From Candidatus Dormiibacterota bacterium (GTDB lineage: Bacteria; Chloroflexota; Dormibacteria; Aeolococcales; Aeolococcaceae): DNA of 59,873 bases. The notes beneath the pieces are model-generated. The model saw only the letters and a program-made list of their open reading frames with translations. It did no database searches and had not been told where the DNA came from. The stretch covers positions 4,825 through 64,697 of the forward strand of contig DAIUFS010000005.1 of the NCBI GenBank assembly GCA_036844485.1. The letters run 5' to 3'. Below are positions 27,133 through 37,311 of this stretch, one piece after another (positions within the stretch are counted from its first letter, which is position 1; every line of letters starts with the position of its first letter). The translations under genes and the position numbers were made by a program.

Positions 27133-28782
27133 ATGATGCCGTACGGTTCGTCATGGCACGAGGAGCTCAACCTCCTCATCGACGCGCTGCCGCCCCGCAT
27201 CGCGAGTGCTGCGCAGCGCCTGACCCAGGAGCGCCGTGAGCTCCTCGAGATCGTGCTCGACCTCGGCCGTGAGCCTGAAGCTCGGTTCACCGACGGAGAG
27301 GAGATCCTCGACAGCGTGCAGGTCACTCACCATGACCTCGAGTACGTGACAGAGCGTGTCGGTGACTTTGGCGACGACAATCGCGCGGGCATCGAACGAA
27401 CCCTGCACCGCATCAGCGCCATCCGCAACCGTGCGGGCACGGTGGTGGGGCTGACCTGCCGCGTCGGTCGCGCCGTCACCGGCACCATCGACATCATCAA
27501 GGACATCGTGGTCAATGGCCAGTCCATTCTCCTGCTCGGTCCACCCGGAATCGGCAAGACGACGATGTTGCGAGAGTGCGCCCGCGTGCTAGGCGATGAG
27601 TGTGGCAAGCGCGTGGTGATCGTCGACACCAGCAACGAGATCGGCGGCGATGGGGACATCCCTCATGCCGGCATCGGGCGCTCCCGGCGCATGCAGGTGC
27701 GCACCCCTCCCGAGCAACACGCGGTGATGATCGAGGCGGTGGAGAACCACATGCCGCAGGTCATCGTCATCGACGAGATCGGCACGGGTTTGGAGGCGAT
27801 GGCGGCTCGCACCATCGCAGAACGCGGCGTGCAGCTGGTGGGCACGGCCCACGGATCAAACCTCGACAACCTGCTCGTCAATCCCACGCTCAACGACCTG
27901 CTCGGTGGTATCCAGACAGTCACGCTCAGCGACGAGGAGGCGCGGCGGCGGGGTACGCAGAAGAGCGTGCTCGAACGCAAGGCTCCGCCCACGTTCGACG
28001 TCCTCATCGAGATCCAGGAGCGAGACCGCGTGGTGGTGCATATGCCACTCGACGAGACGGTCGACGAGGCGCTGCGCGGACGCATGAAGCCGCCCCAGCT
28101 GCGACTGCGCGGCGAGGGCGGCCAGATTGTCAGCCGCATCGATACCAGCATCCCCCCGCCGCCGTCGTTCGAGCCCAGCCCTTTCGCGGCCGGGGCGGGA
28201 CGGCGGCGCGGCCGTGAACGAGGCCGCCGCCGCGGTTTCGACGTCGAGGAGTACATGGCCCAGCGATCGCGTGAGGCCTCGTCGGACGGAGGGAGCGCGA
28301 CGCACACATCGGCACGTCCGATGCAACCGCTCGCGGTGTTTCCGTACGGCGTCTCCAGAACCTACCTCGAACAGTCGGTGCGTGAGCTCCACGTGCCGGT
28401 TCGCATCCAGCACAACGTCGACGACGCCGACATGGTGCTGACGCTGAAGAACTACTACCGTCGCAAGGACTCGCCGGTTCGCTCCGCCGAGGCCACCGGC
28501 ATTCCCGTCCAGGTGTTGCGAAGCAACACGGTGGCGCAGATCAAGGGCGCGCTGGCCAAGGTCTACGGCGTTGAGGACGTGGATGAAACCGAGAGCGCGC
28601 TCGAAGAGGCACTCGAAGCCGTCGAGCGGGCGCGGCACACCACCTCGGACGTCGAGCTGGCGCCACAGAACTCGTACGTGCGCCGCCTCCAGCACCAACT
28701 TGTCGAACGCCACGACATGGCCGCGCGCAGCACCGGGAACGAGCCCAACCGCCGCCTCGTCATACTCGGTGCCGAGGAGTGA
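27133..28782 (+). CDS. Ycf45/SpoIIIAA-like AAA ATPase with C-terminal R3H domain
   Basis: '[13 protein letters not shown]', '[14 protein letters not shown]', 'VIVIDEIG', 'GTAHG'; R3H '[14 protein letters not shown]'. Confidence 0.9.
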   Translation: MMPYGSSWHEELNLLIDALPPRIASAAQRLTQERRELLEIVLDLGREPEARFTDGEEILDSVQVTHHDLEYVTERVGDFGDDNRAGIERTLHRISAIRNRAGTVVGLTCRVGRAVTGTIDIIKDIVVNGQSILLLGPPGIGKTTMLRECARVLGDECGKRVVIVDTSNEIGGDGDIPHAGIGRSRRMQVRTPPEQHAVMIEAVENHMPQVIVIDEIGTGLEAMAARTIAERGVQLVGTAHGSNLDNLLVNPTLNDLLGGIQTVTLSDEEARRRGTQKSVLERKAPPTFDVLIEIQERDRVVVHMPLDETVDEALRGRMKPPQLRLRGEGGQIVSRIDTSIPPPPSFEPSPFAAGAGRRRGRERGRRRGFDVEEYMAQRSREASSDGGSATHTSARPMQPLAVFPYGVSRTYLEQSVRELHVPVRIQHNVDDADMVLTLKNYYRRKDSPVRSAEATGIPVQVLRSNTVAQIKGALAKVYGVEDVDETESALEEALEAVERARHTTSDVELAPQNSYVRRLQHQLVERHDMAARSTGNEPNRRLVILGAEE

Positions 28783-28788
28783 GCAGTT

Positions 28789-29454
28789 GTGACACGTCCC
28801 GGATTCTTCGTCTCGTTCGAGGGCCTCGACGGGGCCGGTAAGAGCACCCAGGTGGCGGCGCTCGGCGCGGCGCTGCGCGCCGACGGCCTCGACGTCGTCA
28901 CCGTCCGGCCCAACGACACCCCGCTGGGGGAGCTGGTCAGCGGGGCTGTCCTCCAGCACCAGCTCGCCGCCTCGCTGCAACCGTGGACGGAGGCATTGCT
29001 GTTCAACGCCGGGCGCGTGCAGCTCCTCGCCGAGGTGGTGATTCCGGCACTCGAGCGCGGCATGGTGGTGATCGCCGACCGCTACACCGATTCGACGCTG
29101 GCGTACCAGGGTGGTGGGCGCGGCGTCGATCAGCAGGCCCTGCTCCGCCTGCACCGCGATTGCTGCGGTGACGTGTGGCCGGACCTGACCATCTACCTCG
29201 ACCTCGACCACACCATCGCCGTGCATCGCCAGCACGCGCAGCAGCTTCCGCTGGATCGCATCGAAGGGGCGCCGAGCGACTTTCATGCGAGAGTTCACGC
29301 CGCCTTCGATCGCCTCGCCGCCGAACACCCCGACCGGATCGTGCGCATTGACGCGAGCCGTCCGGCGATCGCGGTCTCACAGGACGTGATGCGGCTCGTC
29401 CAGGAGCGGCTGCGCACGGCGAGGACCGCCCCCCGGCCGGCCGTGGTGCGGTGA
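28789..29454 (+). CDS. tmk: Thymidylate (dTMP) kinase
   Basis: 'SFEGLDGAGKST', 'EALLF', 'IADRYTDSTLAYQG', 'PDLTIYLD'. Confidence 0.95.
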   Translation: MTRPGFFVSFEGLDGAGKSTQVAALGAALRADGLDVVTVRPNDTPLGELVSGAVLQHQLAASLQPWTEALLFNAGRVQLLAEVVIPALERGMVVIADRYTDSTLAYQGGGRGVDQQALLRLHRDCCGDVWPDLTIYLDLDHTIAVHRQHAQQLPLDRIEGAPSDFHARVHAAFDRLAAEHPDRIVRIDASRPAIAVSQDVMRLVQERLRTARTAPRPAVVR

Positions 29455-29780
29455 AGCTGATCTTCGCCGTCGTCCAGGCTCAGGACGTCGACGCCTGCGC
29501 CGACGCGCTCACCGCCGGCGGTTTCGTGTGCACGCGCTTCGCCACCCATGGCGGATTCCTCGACAGCGGCAATTGCACTCTCATGATCGGCGTCGAGGAT
29601 GAGCAGGTCGATGAGGTTCTCGAGATCCTGCGACGTCGGGCCAAGCGCCGCGTCGAGCTGGTGGACTCGACAGTGACGCTGGCCGGCGCGCTCACGCCGG
29701 TGATGGCGCCGCCGCTCGACGTCGAGGTGGGCGGGGCGACGGTCTTCGTCCTGCCCCTGGACCGGCTCGAAAAGCTCTAG
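29451..29780 (+). CDS. darA: Cyclic-di-AMP receptor, PII-like (DarA/PstA/YaaQ)
   Basis: 'MKLIFAVVQ', 'GGFLDSGNCTLMIG', 'VEVGGATVFV'; tmk-yaaQ synteny. Confidence 0.92.
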   Translation: MKLIFAVVQAQDVDACADALTAGGFVCTRFATHGGFLDSGNCTLMIGVEDEQVDEVLEILRRRAKRRVELVDSTVTLAGALTPVMAPPLDVEVGGATVFVLPLDRLEKL

Positions 29781-29804
29781 CCGGCGCCCGAGGGACAGCG
29801 CCGG
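29781..29804. terminator. GC-rich hairpin between convergent genes
   Basis: CCGGCGC-N10-GCGCCGG; no U-tract. Confidence 0.35.
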
Positions 29805-29834
29805 TCCCCGGGGTGGGAACGCTGCGAGCACCGC

Positions 29835-30410
29835 TCACTCCGCCCGGACGACCACCTCCGCAGCGTCCACGACGCGCTCCACGCGAGTGCCGATGAGGTG
29901 CACCCGGACCCCCGGCACCCCCGGCGACCCGGGCTCCCAGCCCTCCGCATAGAGGTGGTGCGCCTCCCCCCAGGTGCGCGCGCTGCGGAGCTGGCGGCCG
30001 TCGGTGAACGACACCGGGCCGGGTCGGGTTGCGTACCCGAAGCGGACCTCGCCGCCGCTCTTCAGGAACGCGGCCACCTCGGCGAGAGGGCGCTCGTCGG
30101 GGGCGAACTCCGGGGTGGCCAGCGCATCGAGCACGGTGGGCATCTCGCCACTCCTGGCCTGCTCGCGGACAGCGGCGCGGGCTGCGATGTGGGCGGCGCG
30201 CTCCCGCCGTCGCCGTTCGGTGGCGATCTGTCCGCTCCGCGCTCGCAGCTCTCGGAGCTGGGCCTGGTGCGGCGCCATCGCCGTCACCGTGGCCCGCTCC
30301 ACGGCCGCAAGCGCCCCGAGCATCTCCTCGAGCGCGCCGTCGTCGATCGTGGCCAGGGCGTCCTGATCGAAGGAGGGAGGCAGGTCGGGGAGGGGAGGGA
30401 GGTCGCTCAC
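29835..30410 (-). CDS. Hypothetical protein with coiled coil
   Basis: Only coherent long ORF in the gap; Glu/Arg/Ala-rich helix then a mixed alpha/beta C-terminus; start inferred. Confidence 0.6.
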   Translation of the reverse strand: MSDLPPLPDLPPSFDQDALATIDDGALEEMLGALAAVERATVTAMAPHQAQLRELRARSGQIATERRRRERAAHIAARAAVREQARSGEMPTVLDALATPEFAPDERPLAEVAAFLKSGGEVRFGYATRPGPVSFTDGRQLRSARTWGEAHHLYAEGWEPGSPGVPGVRVHLIGTRVERVVDAAEVVVRAE

Positions 30411-30499
30411 CGCCCAGATGATGGCGCCCGACCCGCGTCGCGTGCCGCTCGCGCTACCGTTGCCAGCCACGGCCAAACGACCCGGAGGGGTGCACGACG

Positions 30500-31276
30500 G
30501 TGTCCACGGACCTCAACGACTCGGTTCGAGTTGAGCGCGACGGCGCGCTCGCCATCGTCACCATCGACCATCCCCCGGCCAACGCCATCAGCCGCGCCGT
30601 CGTGGCCGGGATCACCAAGGCCCTCGGCGACGCCGAGGCCGACCCGGGCTGCCGTGCCCTCATCCTCACGGGAGCCGGGCCCAAGTTCTTCGCCGCCGGT
30701 GCCGACATCAGCGAGTTCGGCTCCGAGGGGGCCGACAGCATCGCCACCGGTCAGCGGCTGACCCTCGGCATGGAACGCTCTCGCCTCCCGATCATCGCCG
30801 CTGTCAACGGCATCGCGTTTGGCGGAGGGTGCGAGCTGACCCTGGCCTGTGACGTTCGCATCGCCTCCAGCAGCGCCCGTTTCGGCCAGCCCGAGATCAA
30901 GCTCGGCATCATCCCGGGCTGGGGTGGCACCCAGCGTCTGCCCCGCCTCATCGGTCGGACGGCGGCGATGCATCTCCTGCTCACCGGCGACCCCATCGAT
31001 GCCGCGCATGCCCTCGAACTTGGCCTGGTCTTCAATGTTGTCGAGCCACACGAGCTGCTGGATTCGGCACGGGAGCTCGCCGGCCTCTACGCGGCTCAGG
31101 CGCCGCTGGCCCTGGCGGCGACCAAGCGAGCCGTTGCCGAGGGACTGGATCGCCCCCTTCCCGAAGGGCTGGAGGCCGAGCGCCGCGAGTTCGTCGGGCT
31201 CTTCTCCACGGATGACGCGCGGGAGGGCATCACCGCCTTCCTGGAGAAGCGCGCGGCCACCTGGACCGGTCGGTAG
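30500..31276 (+). CDS. Enoyl-CoA hydratase/isomerase (crotonase)
   Basis: 'FFAAGADISE', 'AFGGGCEL', 'GQPEIKLGIIPGWGGTQRL'. Confidence 0.95.
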   Translation: MSTDLNDSVRVERDGALAIVTIDHPPANAISRAVVAGITKALGDAEADPGCRALILTGAGPKFFAAGADISEFGSEGADSIATGQRLTLGMERSRLPIIAAVNGIAFGGGCELTLACDVRIASSSARFGQPEIKLGIIPGWGGTQRLPRLIGRTAAMHLLLTGDPIDAAHALELGLVFNVVEPHELLDSARELAGLYAAQAPLALAATKRAVAEGLDRPLPEGLEAERREFVGLFSTDDAREGITAFLEKRAATWTGR

Positions 31277-31358
31277 GCGTCGGCGGTGACATCCCCGTCA
31301 ATGTCGGCATAATCGCCGCCGATTCCGACGGCACGATACGGCTGAGTGGAGGGCCCCG

Positions 31359-33701
31359 GTGACCGCGATCGTCAGTCCCATCTGCCTGGTGGCGCTCGCC
31401 GGCACCGCCGCCGTGGCGACCGGCCTGCGCTGGCGCTTGCTGATCGCGGCGATGATGCGCGGCAAGCGACCTGACCCTCGCTTCGACCGCATCGGCGAAC
31501 GTGTCAAGGCGTTCTTCATCTACGTCATCGGCCAGGGCCGCCTGCTCCGCTGGCCGTATTCCGGGATCCTCCACGCCCTGATCTTTTGGGGATTCCTGGT
31601 GCTGCTCACCGCCATCGCCCAGGCGATCGTGGAGGCGCTCTGGCAGGGGTTCCACTTCAACGACGTGCCGGGGGCGTTCGTGATCGCGTTCCTGCAGGAC
31701 ATCTTCTGCGTGGCGGTGCTCGCCGGCGTGGCGCTCGCCCTCATCAACCGCCTGCTGGTCAATCCCACCCGGTTCCGGGGCAGCCACCGCGGCGACGCGG
31801 TGCTGATCCTCGCGTGGATCGGCACCCTGCTGATGTTCATGAGCCTGAACTACGCCACGCTCATCGCGGAGGGCAGCCCCGCCCAGGCGCTCGCCGCCGA
31901 CCGTCCGTTCGCCAGCGCGCTCTCCCGGCTCTTCACGCCGCTGGGCGCCCACAGCAATGTGCTCACCGGCCTCCACGGTCTCTTCTTCTGGGGACACCTG
32001 GTGATGGTCTTCGGCTTCCTCGTCTACCTCGGCTACAGCAAGCACCTCCACATCGTCAGCGCGGCGCCCAACGTCTTCTTCAAGTCGACCAAGCCCAAGG
32101 GGAGGCTGCCGCTGGTCGACATCGAGGCGGTCATGAACGCGGAGGACGAGACGGATCAGCACTTCGGTCCGGTGACCCTGGAGCACTTCAGCTGGAAGGA
32201 CATGCTCGACCTCTACACCTGCACCGAGTGCGGCCGCTGCCAGACTCACTGCCCGGCCTACAACACCGGCAAGGTGCTCTCACCGAAGACCCTGATCACC
32301 GACCTACGCGATCACCTCTACGAGAACATCGCCGGTGGCTACGCCGCCACCAAGCACGACACGCACGTCGTGCAGGGCGCCGACGCTGATGGCAAGCCGA
32401 GCGCCGACGGCGCTGTGATGTGGGCGACGGGCGACCACCATGCGGGCGCGCTCCATGACCTGCCCGGGCTCTTCCAACCCTCGTGGATCGCGCCCGACGA
32501 CGTGGCCACGGCGGTCGAGGCGGGTGGAGGCGAGCGCCCGCTCTTCGGCGGCACCATCGCGGACGACACGCTCTGGGCGTGCACAACCTGCGGTGCCTGC
32601 ATGGATCAGTGCCCCGTGCTCATCGAGCACGTCCCCAAGATCATCGAGATGCGCCGCCACCTGGTGCTCGACGAATCGCGCATGCCCAAGCAGGCGGAGA
32701 CGGCGTTGCGCGGCATCGAGAACGTGTTCAACCCATACGGGCTCTCCCATCAGACCCGTGCCGACTGGGCTGCCGACCTCGGCGTCAAGTTCGCTGCCGA
32801 GAAGCCCGATGCCGAGTACCTCTACTGGGTGGGGTGTGCGGCCTCGTTCGACGACCGCGCCAAGACGATCGCCACCGCCCTGGTCAAGATCCTCCAGGCC
32901 GGCGGCGTGGACTTCGCCATCCTCGGCACCGAGGAGAAGTGCAACGGTGACCCCGCCCGCCGGATCGGCAACGAGTACCTCTTCCAGGAGCGGGCCAAGG
33001 AAAACGTCGCGGTGCTGGGCAAGTACAGCGTGCGCAAGATCATCGCCTCCTGCCCGCACTGCTTCAACACCTTCGCGAACGAGTACGGAGAGTTCGGCGG
33101 TGAGTACGAGGTCGTCCATCACACCCAGATGATCGAACGCCTCCTCAAGGAGGGCCGCATCACCTTCGACCAGGCCAAGCGGCAGGAGGAGACGATCACC
33201 TACCACGACTCCTGCTACCTGGGGCGATGGAACGACATCTTCGCTCCGCCCCGCGACATCCTCGAGCAGATCCCAGGGCTCAAGGTGGTGGAGATGGCGC
33301 GCAATCGCAACGAGGGGATGTGCTGCGGGGCTGGCGGCGGCCGCATGTGGATGGAGGAGGAGCAGCCGCGCGTCAATCACAAGCGGGTGGAGCAGGCGGC
33401 CGCGACGGAGGCGACCAAGGTGGCCACGGCTTGCCCGTTCTGCCTCTCCATGTTCGACGAGGGCATCGCCAGCAAGCAGCTGGGCGAGCGCCTCGCTGTC
33501 GACGACGTCGCGGTGTACGTGGCGCGCTCGCTCTCCGGCACGGGGGGCGAGCAGGCCGTGGCAGCCATCAGCGCCGCCGAGGAGGCCGCCCTCGCACCGG
33601 AGGCCTCCACTGAAGGGGCCACGTCGCCCGAGGCCGCCACCGTCCCCGACGGGAGCCCCGCCGAGCCCGAGGTGCCGGCACCGGAGCCCGACAACCCATA
33701 A
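31359..33701 (+). CDS. fadF: Membrane-bound Fe-S oxidoreductase (FadF/HdrD-like; TM + 2x4Fe-4S + 2 CCG domains)
   Basis: TM N-terminus; 'CTECGRCQTHCP', 'CTTCGACMDQCP'; 'YWVGC', 'SCPHC', 'YHDSCYLGR', 'CCGAGGG', 'ACPFC'. Confidence 0.9.
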   Translation: MTAIVSPICLVALAGTAAVATGLRWRLLIAAMMRGKRPDPRFDRIGERVKAFFIYVIGQGRLLRWPYSGILHALIFWGFLVLLTAIAQAIVEALWQGFHFNDVPGAFVIAFLQDIFCVAVLAGVALALINRLLVNPTRFRGSHRGDAVLILAWIGTLLMFMSLNYATLIAEGSPAQALAADRPFASALSRLFTPLGAHSNVLTGLHGLFFWGHLVMVFGFLVYLGYSKHLHIVSAAPNVFFKSTKPKGRLPLVDIEAVMNAEDETDQHFGPVTLEHFSWKDMLDLYTCTECGRCQTHCPAYNTGKVLSPKTLITDLRDHLYENIAGGYAATKHDTHVVQGADADGKPSADGAVMWATGDHHAGALHDLPGLFQPSWIAPDDVATAVEAGGGERPLFGGTIADDTLWACTTCGACMDQCPVLIEHVPKIIEMRRHLVLDESRMPKQAETALRGIENVFNPYGLSHQTRADWAADLGVKFAAEKPDAEYLYWVGCAASFDDRAKTIATALVKILQAGGVDFAILGTEEKCNGDPARRIGNEYLFQERAKENVAVLGKYSVRKIIASCPHCFNTFANEYGEFGGEYEVVHHTQMIERLLKEGRITFDQAKRQEETITYHDSCYLGRWNDIFAPPRDILEQIPGLKVVEMARNRNEGMCCGAGGGRMWMEEEQPRVNHKRVEQAAATEATKVATACPFCLSMFDEGIASKQLGERLAVDDVAVYVARSLSGTGGEQAVAAISAAEEAALAPEASTEGATSPEAATVPDGSPAEPEVPAPEPDNP

Positions 33702-33733
33702 TCAGCGACCGCTCAGCGACCCTGGAGGAGCAC

Positions 33734-34156
33734 GTGGCATACGACGCGTACAGCCCTGAGTGGGCCGAGGCCTTCAAGAACGAGATCAACAAGTCGCCGG
33801 TGTACAAGCAGGCCGCGGCCAACTGGGAGGGCACTGTCGGCCTGGTCGTCCTCGCTGAGCCCGACAAGAACGTGCCCGAGGACATGGGCATCTTTCTCGA
33901 CCTCTGGCACGGTGAGGCGCGCGATGTGCGGATCACATCGCGGCCCGAGGCGGAGGGCGCTCAGTTCGTCATCACCGGGTCGTACTCGCGGTGGAAGAAG
34001 GTGGCCAAGAACGAGATGGACGCCACCAAGGGGATCATGCTCGGGCAGCTGAAGCTGCGCGGCGACTTCCCCACCCTGGTGCGCTACACCAAGGCGTCCC
34101 AGGAGCTGACCGAATGCACCACCCGAGTGGAGGTCAACTGGCCGGACGAGAGCTAG
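33734..34156 (+). CDS. SCP2 sterol/lipid-binding domain protein
   Basis: 'YSPEWAEAF', 'LDLWHGEAR', 'ITGSYSRW', 'MLGQLKLRGD'. Confidence 0.85.
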   Translation: MAYDAYSPEWAEAFKNEINKSPVYKQAAANWEGTVGLVVLAEPDKNVPEDMGIFLDLWHGEARDVRITSRPEAEGAQFVITGSYSRWKKVAKNEMDATKGIMLGQLKLRGDFPTLVRYTKASQELTECTTRVEVNWPDES

Positions 34157-34237
34157 CCGGGGCGACCGAGACGGTGAACCATCACTGGCCTTAAGCTAGC
34201 GCGCCGTACACGAGCACGCTGGAGCCGCGCCGATCTG

Positions 34238-35854
34238 GTGCTGCTTGGCGTGCTCGCGGTCGTCTTTGGCCCGCTTGCGGTCGCGTCGGTCTCCACCGGA
34301 AGCTGGGGCATTCCCCACAATGACGACTGGGACTTCATCCGGTCTGCGCTGCTGTTGCACAGCACGGGCACTGTGCAATTCAGCGGGTGGGGACAGATGA
34401 CTCTCGTGGGTCAGCTGGCACTGGTTCAGCCACTCCTTGCAGCGCACGCCGGTCCCGGGGCTTTGGATGCCTTTGGCCTCGCCGCGACCGTTGTTTACGT
34501 GACAGCGTCGTATGGTGTCGCGCGCCCTCTGCTCGGGCACCGGATAGGCCTGCTGGCAGCCGCCACGGTTGCGGTCTCCCCTGTCCTCGCGATCTGTTCG
34601 ACCACCTTCATGACAGATGTGCCCGCGGCCGCTTTGGAGATGAGCGCTCTCTACCTTGGCTGCCGCGCGATCGGCGAGGGCGCCTTCTCTAGGCGGTTCT
34701 TCACGGCCGCCGTTGTTGCATCGGAAATTGCCGCGTGCATCCGTGAGACGCAGGCGGTGGTCATCGTGGCCATCGCGGCGACGGCAATCCTGGTCACCCG
34801 GAACCGAGCAGACGGCAGCCGCCGCTTCGTCGCGGTCACGAGCTTTGTGGCGCTTGCGCTTTTCGCCGCAGTGCTCCTGTGGCGGCATGAGCAGCCGGGC
34901 GCCACCAGTTTCCATTACCTGAGCGCGGCCACGTTCTTCACCGACTGGCTCAGATTGTCGAGCGCAGCAGCCCTTTTTCTAATCCCCGTACTGGTATTCG
35001 TGCCATGGCGCTCGGTTATCCGGAACGCTCCAAGGCTGACATGGCTGGCAGTCGCGGCCGCAGCCATTCTGGGCGCGTACCAGGCGGCGAATGGCAGCCT
35101 CTTGCCTGGCAATTTGATCCTTCCCAGCGGACCGACTGGCGACGCTGTTCTGGCGGGCGTTCGGCCCACCCTGCTTCCTCAATCCATCTGGATGGGACTG
35201 AATTACGCGGCTGCCGCATCGTTGGCTGGCTTGCTGATCCTCCTCTGTTATGGGCTCCGAGTCCTGCTCCGCGGGGCTGGCAAGAAATTGCTCCCTCGAG
35301 GACCTTCCCCCGCTGCGCTCGTCATCGCGGTACTCGCCGGTATGACCTTGGTGACCTCAGCGAGTTTCTATTCGTCGACGGCACCGTTCGACCGATACAC
35401 GCTGCCGTTGGTGCCACTGCTCGCGATCTGCGTCGGCTTGACTTCCCGCTACGTTCTTCGCCGCGAAGGCGGCAAGCGTTATGTCACTCGAGGGCGTGTC
35501 CTGGCGGCAGGCCTCGCCGGGGTGGGCCTGCTCAGCTTGGGACTCGAGATGGCCGTCTCCAATGACGCCTACGACGCGGCACGCTGGCGCGCGGGTCTTC
35601 TGCTGTCCCAAAGCCTGAACGCGAATCGTATCGACGCTGGCTTCGAATGGAGCGGCTTCCACGCAAGGCTGCCGCTGCAGCGCGGAGCGCCGACGACGGA
35701 CCCAGCCTTCTATGCGGTCCAATTCGGCATCGAGCCGTGCCTGTTGGTCACAAACAGTGCAGGCAACGGTGCCAAGCCCGTCGGGAAGTGGACAGATGCC
35801 ACGGGAGGCACGAATGCTCTTTTTGTTCTGAGGCTGGCGGCGCCCGGCTGTTGA
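34238..35854 (+). CDS. GT-C (GT39/PMT-2-like) membrane glycosyltransferase
   Basis: First-loop acidic motif 'PHNDDWDF', 'FMTDVP', 'IRET', 'DRYTLP'; many TMs; start uncertain. Confidence 0.75.
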   Translation: MLLGVLAVVFGPLAVASVSTGSWGIPHNDDWDFIRSALLLHSTGTVQFSGWGQMTLVGQLALVQPLLAAHAGPGALDAFGLAATVVYVTASYGVARPLLGHRIGLLAAATVAVSPVLAICSTTFMTDVPAAALEMSALYLGCRAIGEGAFSRRFFTAAVVASEIAACIRETQAVVIVAIAATAILVTRNRADGSRRFVAVTSFVALALFAAVLLWRHEQPGATSFHYLSAATFFTDWLRLSSAAALFLIPVLVFVPWRSVIRNAPRLTWLAVAAAAILGAYQAANGSLLPGNLILPSGPTGDAVLAGVRPTLLPQSIWMGLNYAAAASLAGLLILLCYGLRVLLRGAGKKLLPRGPSPAALVIAVLAGMTLVTSASFYSSTAPFDRYTLPLVPLLAICVGLTSRYVLRREGGKRYVTRGRVLAAGLAGVGLLSLGLEMAVSNDAYDAARWRAGLLLSQSLNANRIDAGFEWSGFHARLPLQRGAPTTDPAFYAVQFGIEPCLLVTNSAGNGAKPVGKWTDATGGTNALFVLRLAAPGC

Positions 35855-35976
35855 GGGCGTTGAGGCTGGTATGTCGGGGTCGGTTGCGTGGAGCTTCCGA
35901 CTGAGGTCCGGCGGCGAGCGGTTCGGCGCTTCGGTGGTTGGGTGACCGAGGCCAGCGGCGAGATCTCCTGAGCTGG

Positions 35977-37212
35977 TCAACCAACAACCGGGGCGGCGAG
36001 CCCCCGGGGTCCGGGCCTGAGTGTCCAGACGAGCAACCCCGCCAGGCCCAGCAGCGCCCAGGGCACCAGCCGCCCCGGGGGAGCAGGAGACTGGGCTCCG
36101 AGGTCGAGGGCGGCCGCCAGAGAGAGCACCATCCAGCCGGCGAGCACGGCTCGGCCGCGCGGCCCCGGCCACGGCATCGCCCCGTCGTGGACAGCTGCCC
36201 AAGCCAGCAATCCCACCAGCACGGGGGCGAGCAGCACCAGGTCATGGCTGAGCAGGTGGGGTGAGGCGAGCAGGGACAGCAGGGTGGCGGCGCCCAGGCA
36301 GGGCTCGAGCGCCGAGCGATCGCCGGCCAGCCGGCGGCCGAGGAGGAGACAACCACCCGCAGCGAGCGAGCTCCCGGCGGCGGCCAGGAGCTGGGTGGCG
36401 GCGCCATCGCCCAGCCATGACCCGAACAGGCCGGTGAAGCCGAGCATCGAGGCCAGCGGCCAGCGTCCTGCATCGGCACGGGCAGCGTCCACGAAGCCGG
36501 CCAGCCCGCCCGGTCCCACCGCTACCAGCGACAGGAGCAGCATGGCGGCGAGGCCGGCCGCCGCCCCGGCGAGGACGCGGCGATCGCGCCAGCCCAGGAG
36601 CAGGGCGGCGAGCCCAATGGCCAGGTGGGGCTTGGCGATGGCCGCGGTGGCGGCGAGCACGGCGCCACCGGCGAAGCGGTCGCTGCGGCGCCAGAGCGCG
36701 TAGGCGGCGGCCAGGCCGAGGGCGCTGAAGCCGTCCCACTGGCCGAGCAGACCCAGGCTCAGCGTCCCGGTCCCGGCGAGGGCGACGAGAGCGGCAGCCC
36801 CCGCCACGCCGCGACGCCGCAGCGCCGTCGGCCAGGGCGCGGCCCGGGCCGCCACCACCACGGCGAGCCCGAGCATGAGCAGCTGAAGTGCCTGCCAGAG
36901 CCGGTATGCCGCCGCCAGCGGCAGCAGCGTGACCGGCGCGGCGATGACGGCGGACAGGGGCGGGTTGGGGAACGGGAGGCTGCCCCGGCGCACGGGGGCG
37001 ATCACCGCGTCGTGCACGGCCGTCTCGGCGGTCTGGTCATACATGGTCGCCCCGTGGCCCTCGCGCAGGAGGGTGCCGGCGACGTACGTGGCGGTGAAGT
37101 CGGAGGTGTCGATGTTGACCACGGACACGCCGCTCCACAGCGCCGCGTACGCCGCCAGCAGCACGGCGGCGACCACGGCCACGGCGACGGCGGGCGGGTG
37201 CAGCCGGGACAT
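35977..37212 (-). CDS. GT87 (DUF2029) glycosyltransferase
   Basis: 'SDFTATYVAG', 'FPNPP', 'GQWD', 'AKPHL', 'SPHLLSHDL'. Confidence 0.85.
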   Translation of the reverse strand: MSRLHPPAVAVAVVAAVLLAAYAALWSGVSVVNIDTSDFTATYVAGTLLREGHGATMYDQTAETAVHDAVIAPVRRGSLPFPNPPLSAVIAAPVTLLPLAAAYRLWQALQLLMLGLAVVVAARAAPWPTALRRRGVAGAAALVALAGTGTLSLGLLGQWDGFSALGLAAAYALWRRSDRFAGGAVLAATAAIAKPHLAIGLAALLLGWRDRRVLAGAAAGLAAMLLLSLVAVGPGGLAGFVDAARADAGRWPLASMLGFTGLFGSWLGDGAATQLLAAAGSSLAAGGCLLLGRRLAGDRSALEPCLGAATLLSLLASPHLLSHDLVLLAPVLVGLLAWAAVHDGAMPWPGPRGRAVLAGWMVLSLAAALDLGAQSPAPPGRLVPWALLGLAGLLVWTLRPGPRGLAAPVVG

Positions 37213-37311
37213 CAGACGGCTCGAAGGTAGCATCGATCAGGCGAGCGGTCATCGCCTCCCTGCAACGGGTCCGTGAGCGCCGTGCCGCACGGGCGTTCCA
37301 TACTCGGCCCG

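Noticed and set aside
27856-29328. Long antisense ORFs here and at 37662-39293, 41973-43544, 50298-51632 and 52712-53968
   Set aside because: Shadow frames of well-supported high-GC genes; no family motifs
35850-35867. GTTGAGG direct repeat as a target-site duplication for the GT39-like gene
   Set aside because: Both copies are on the same side of the gene; no transposase
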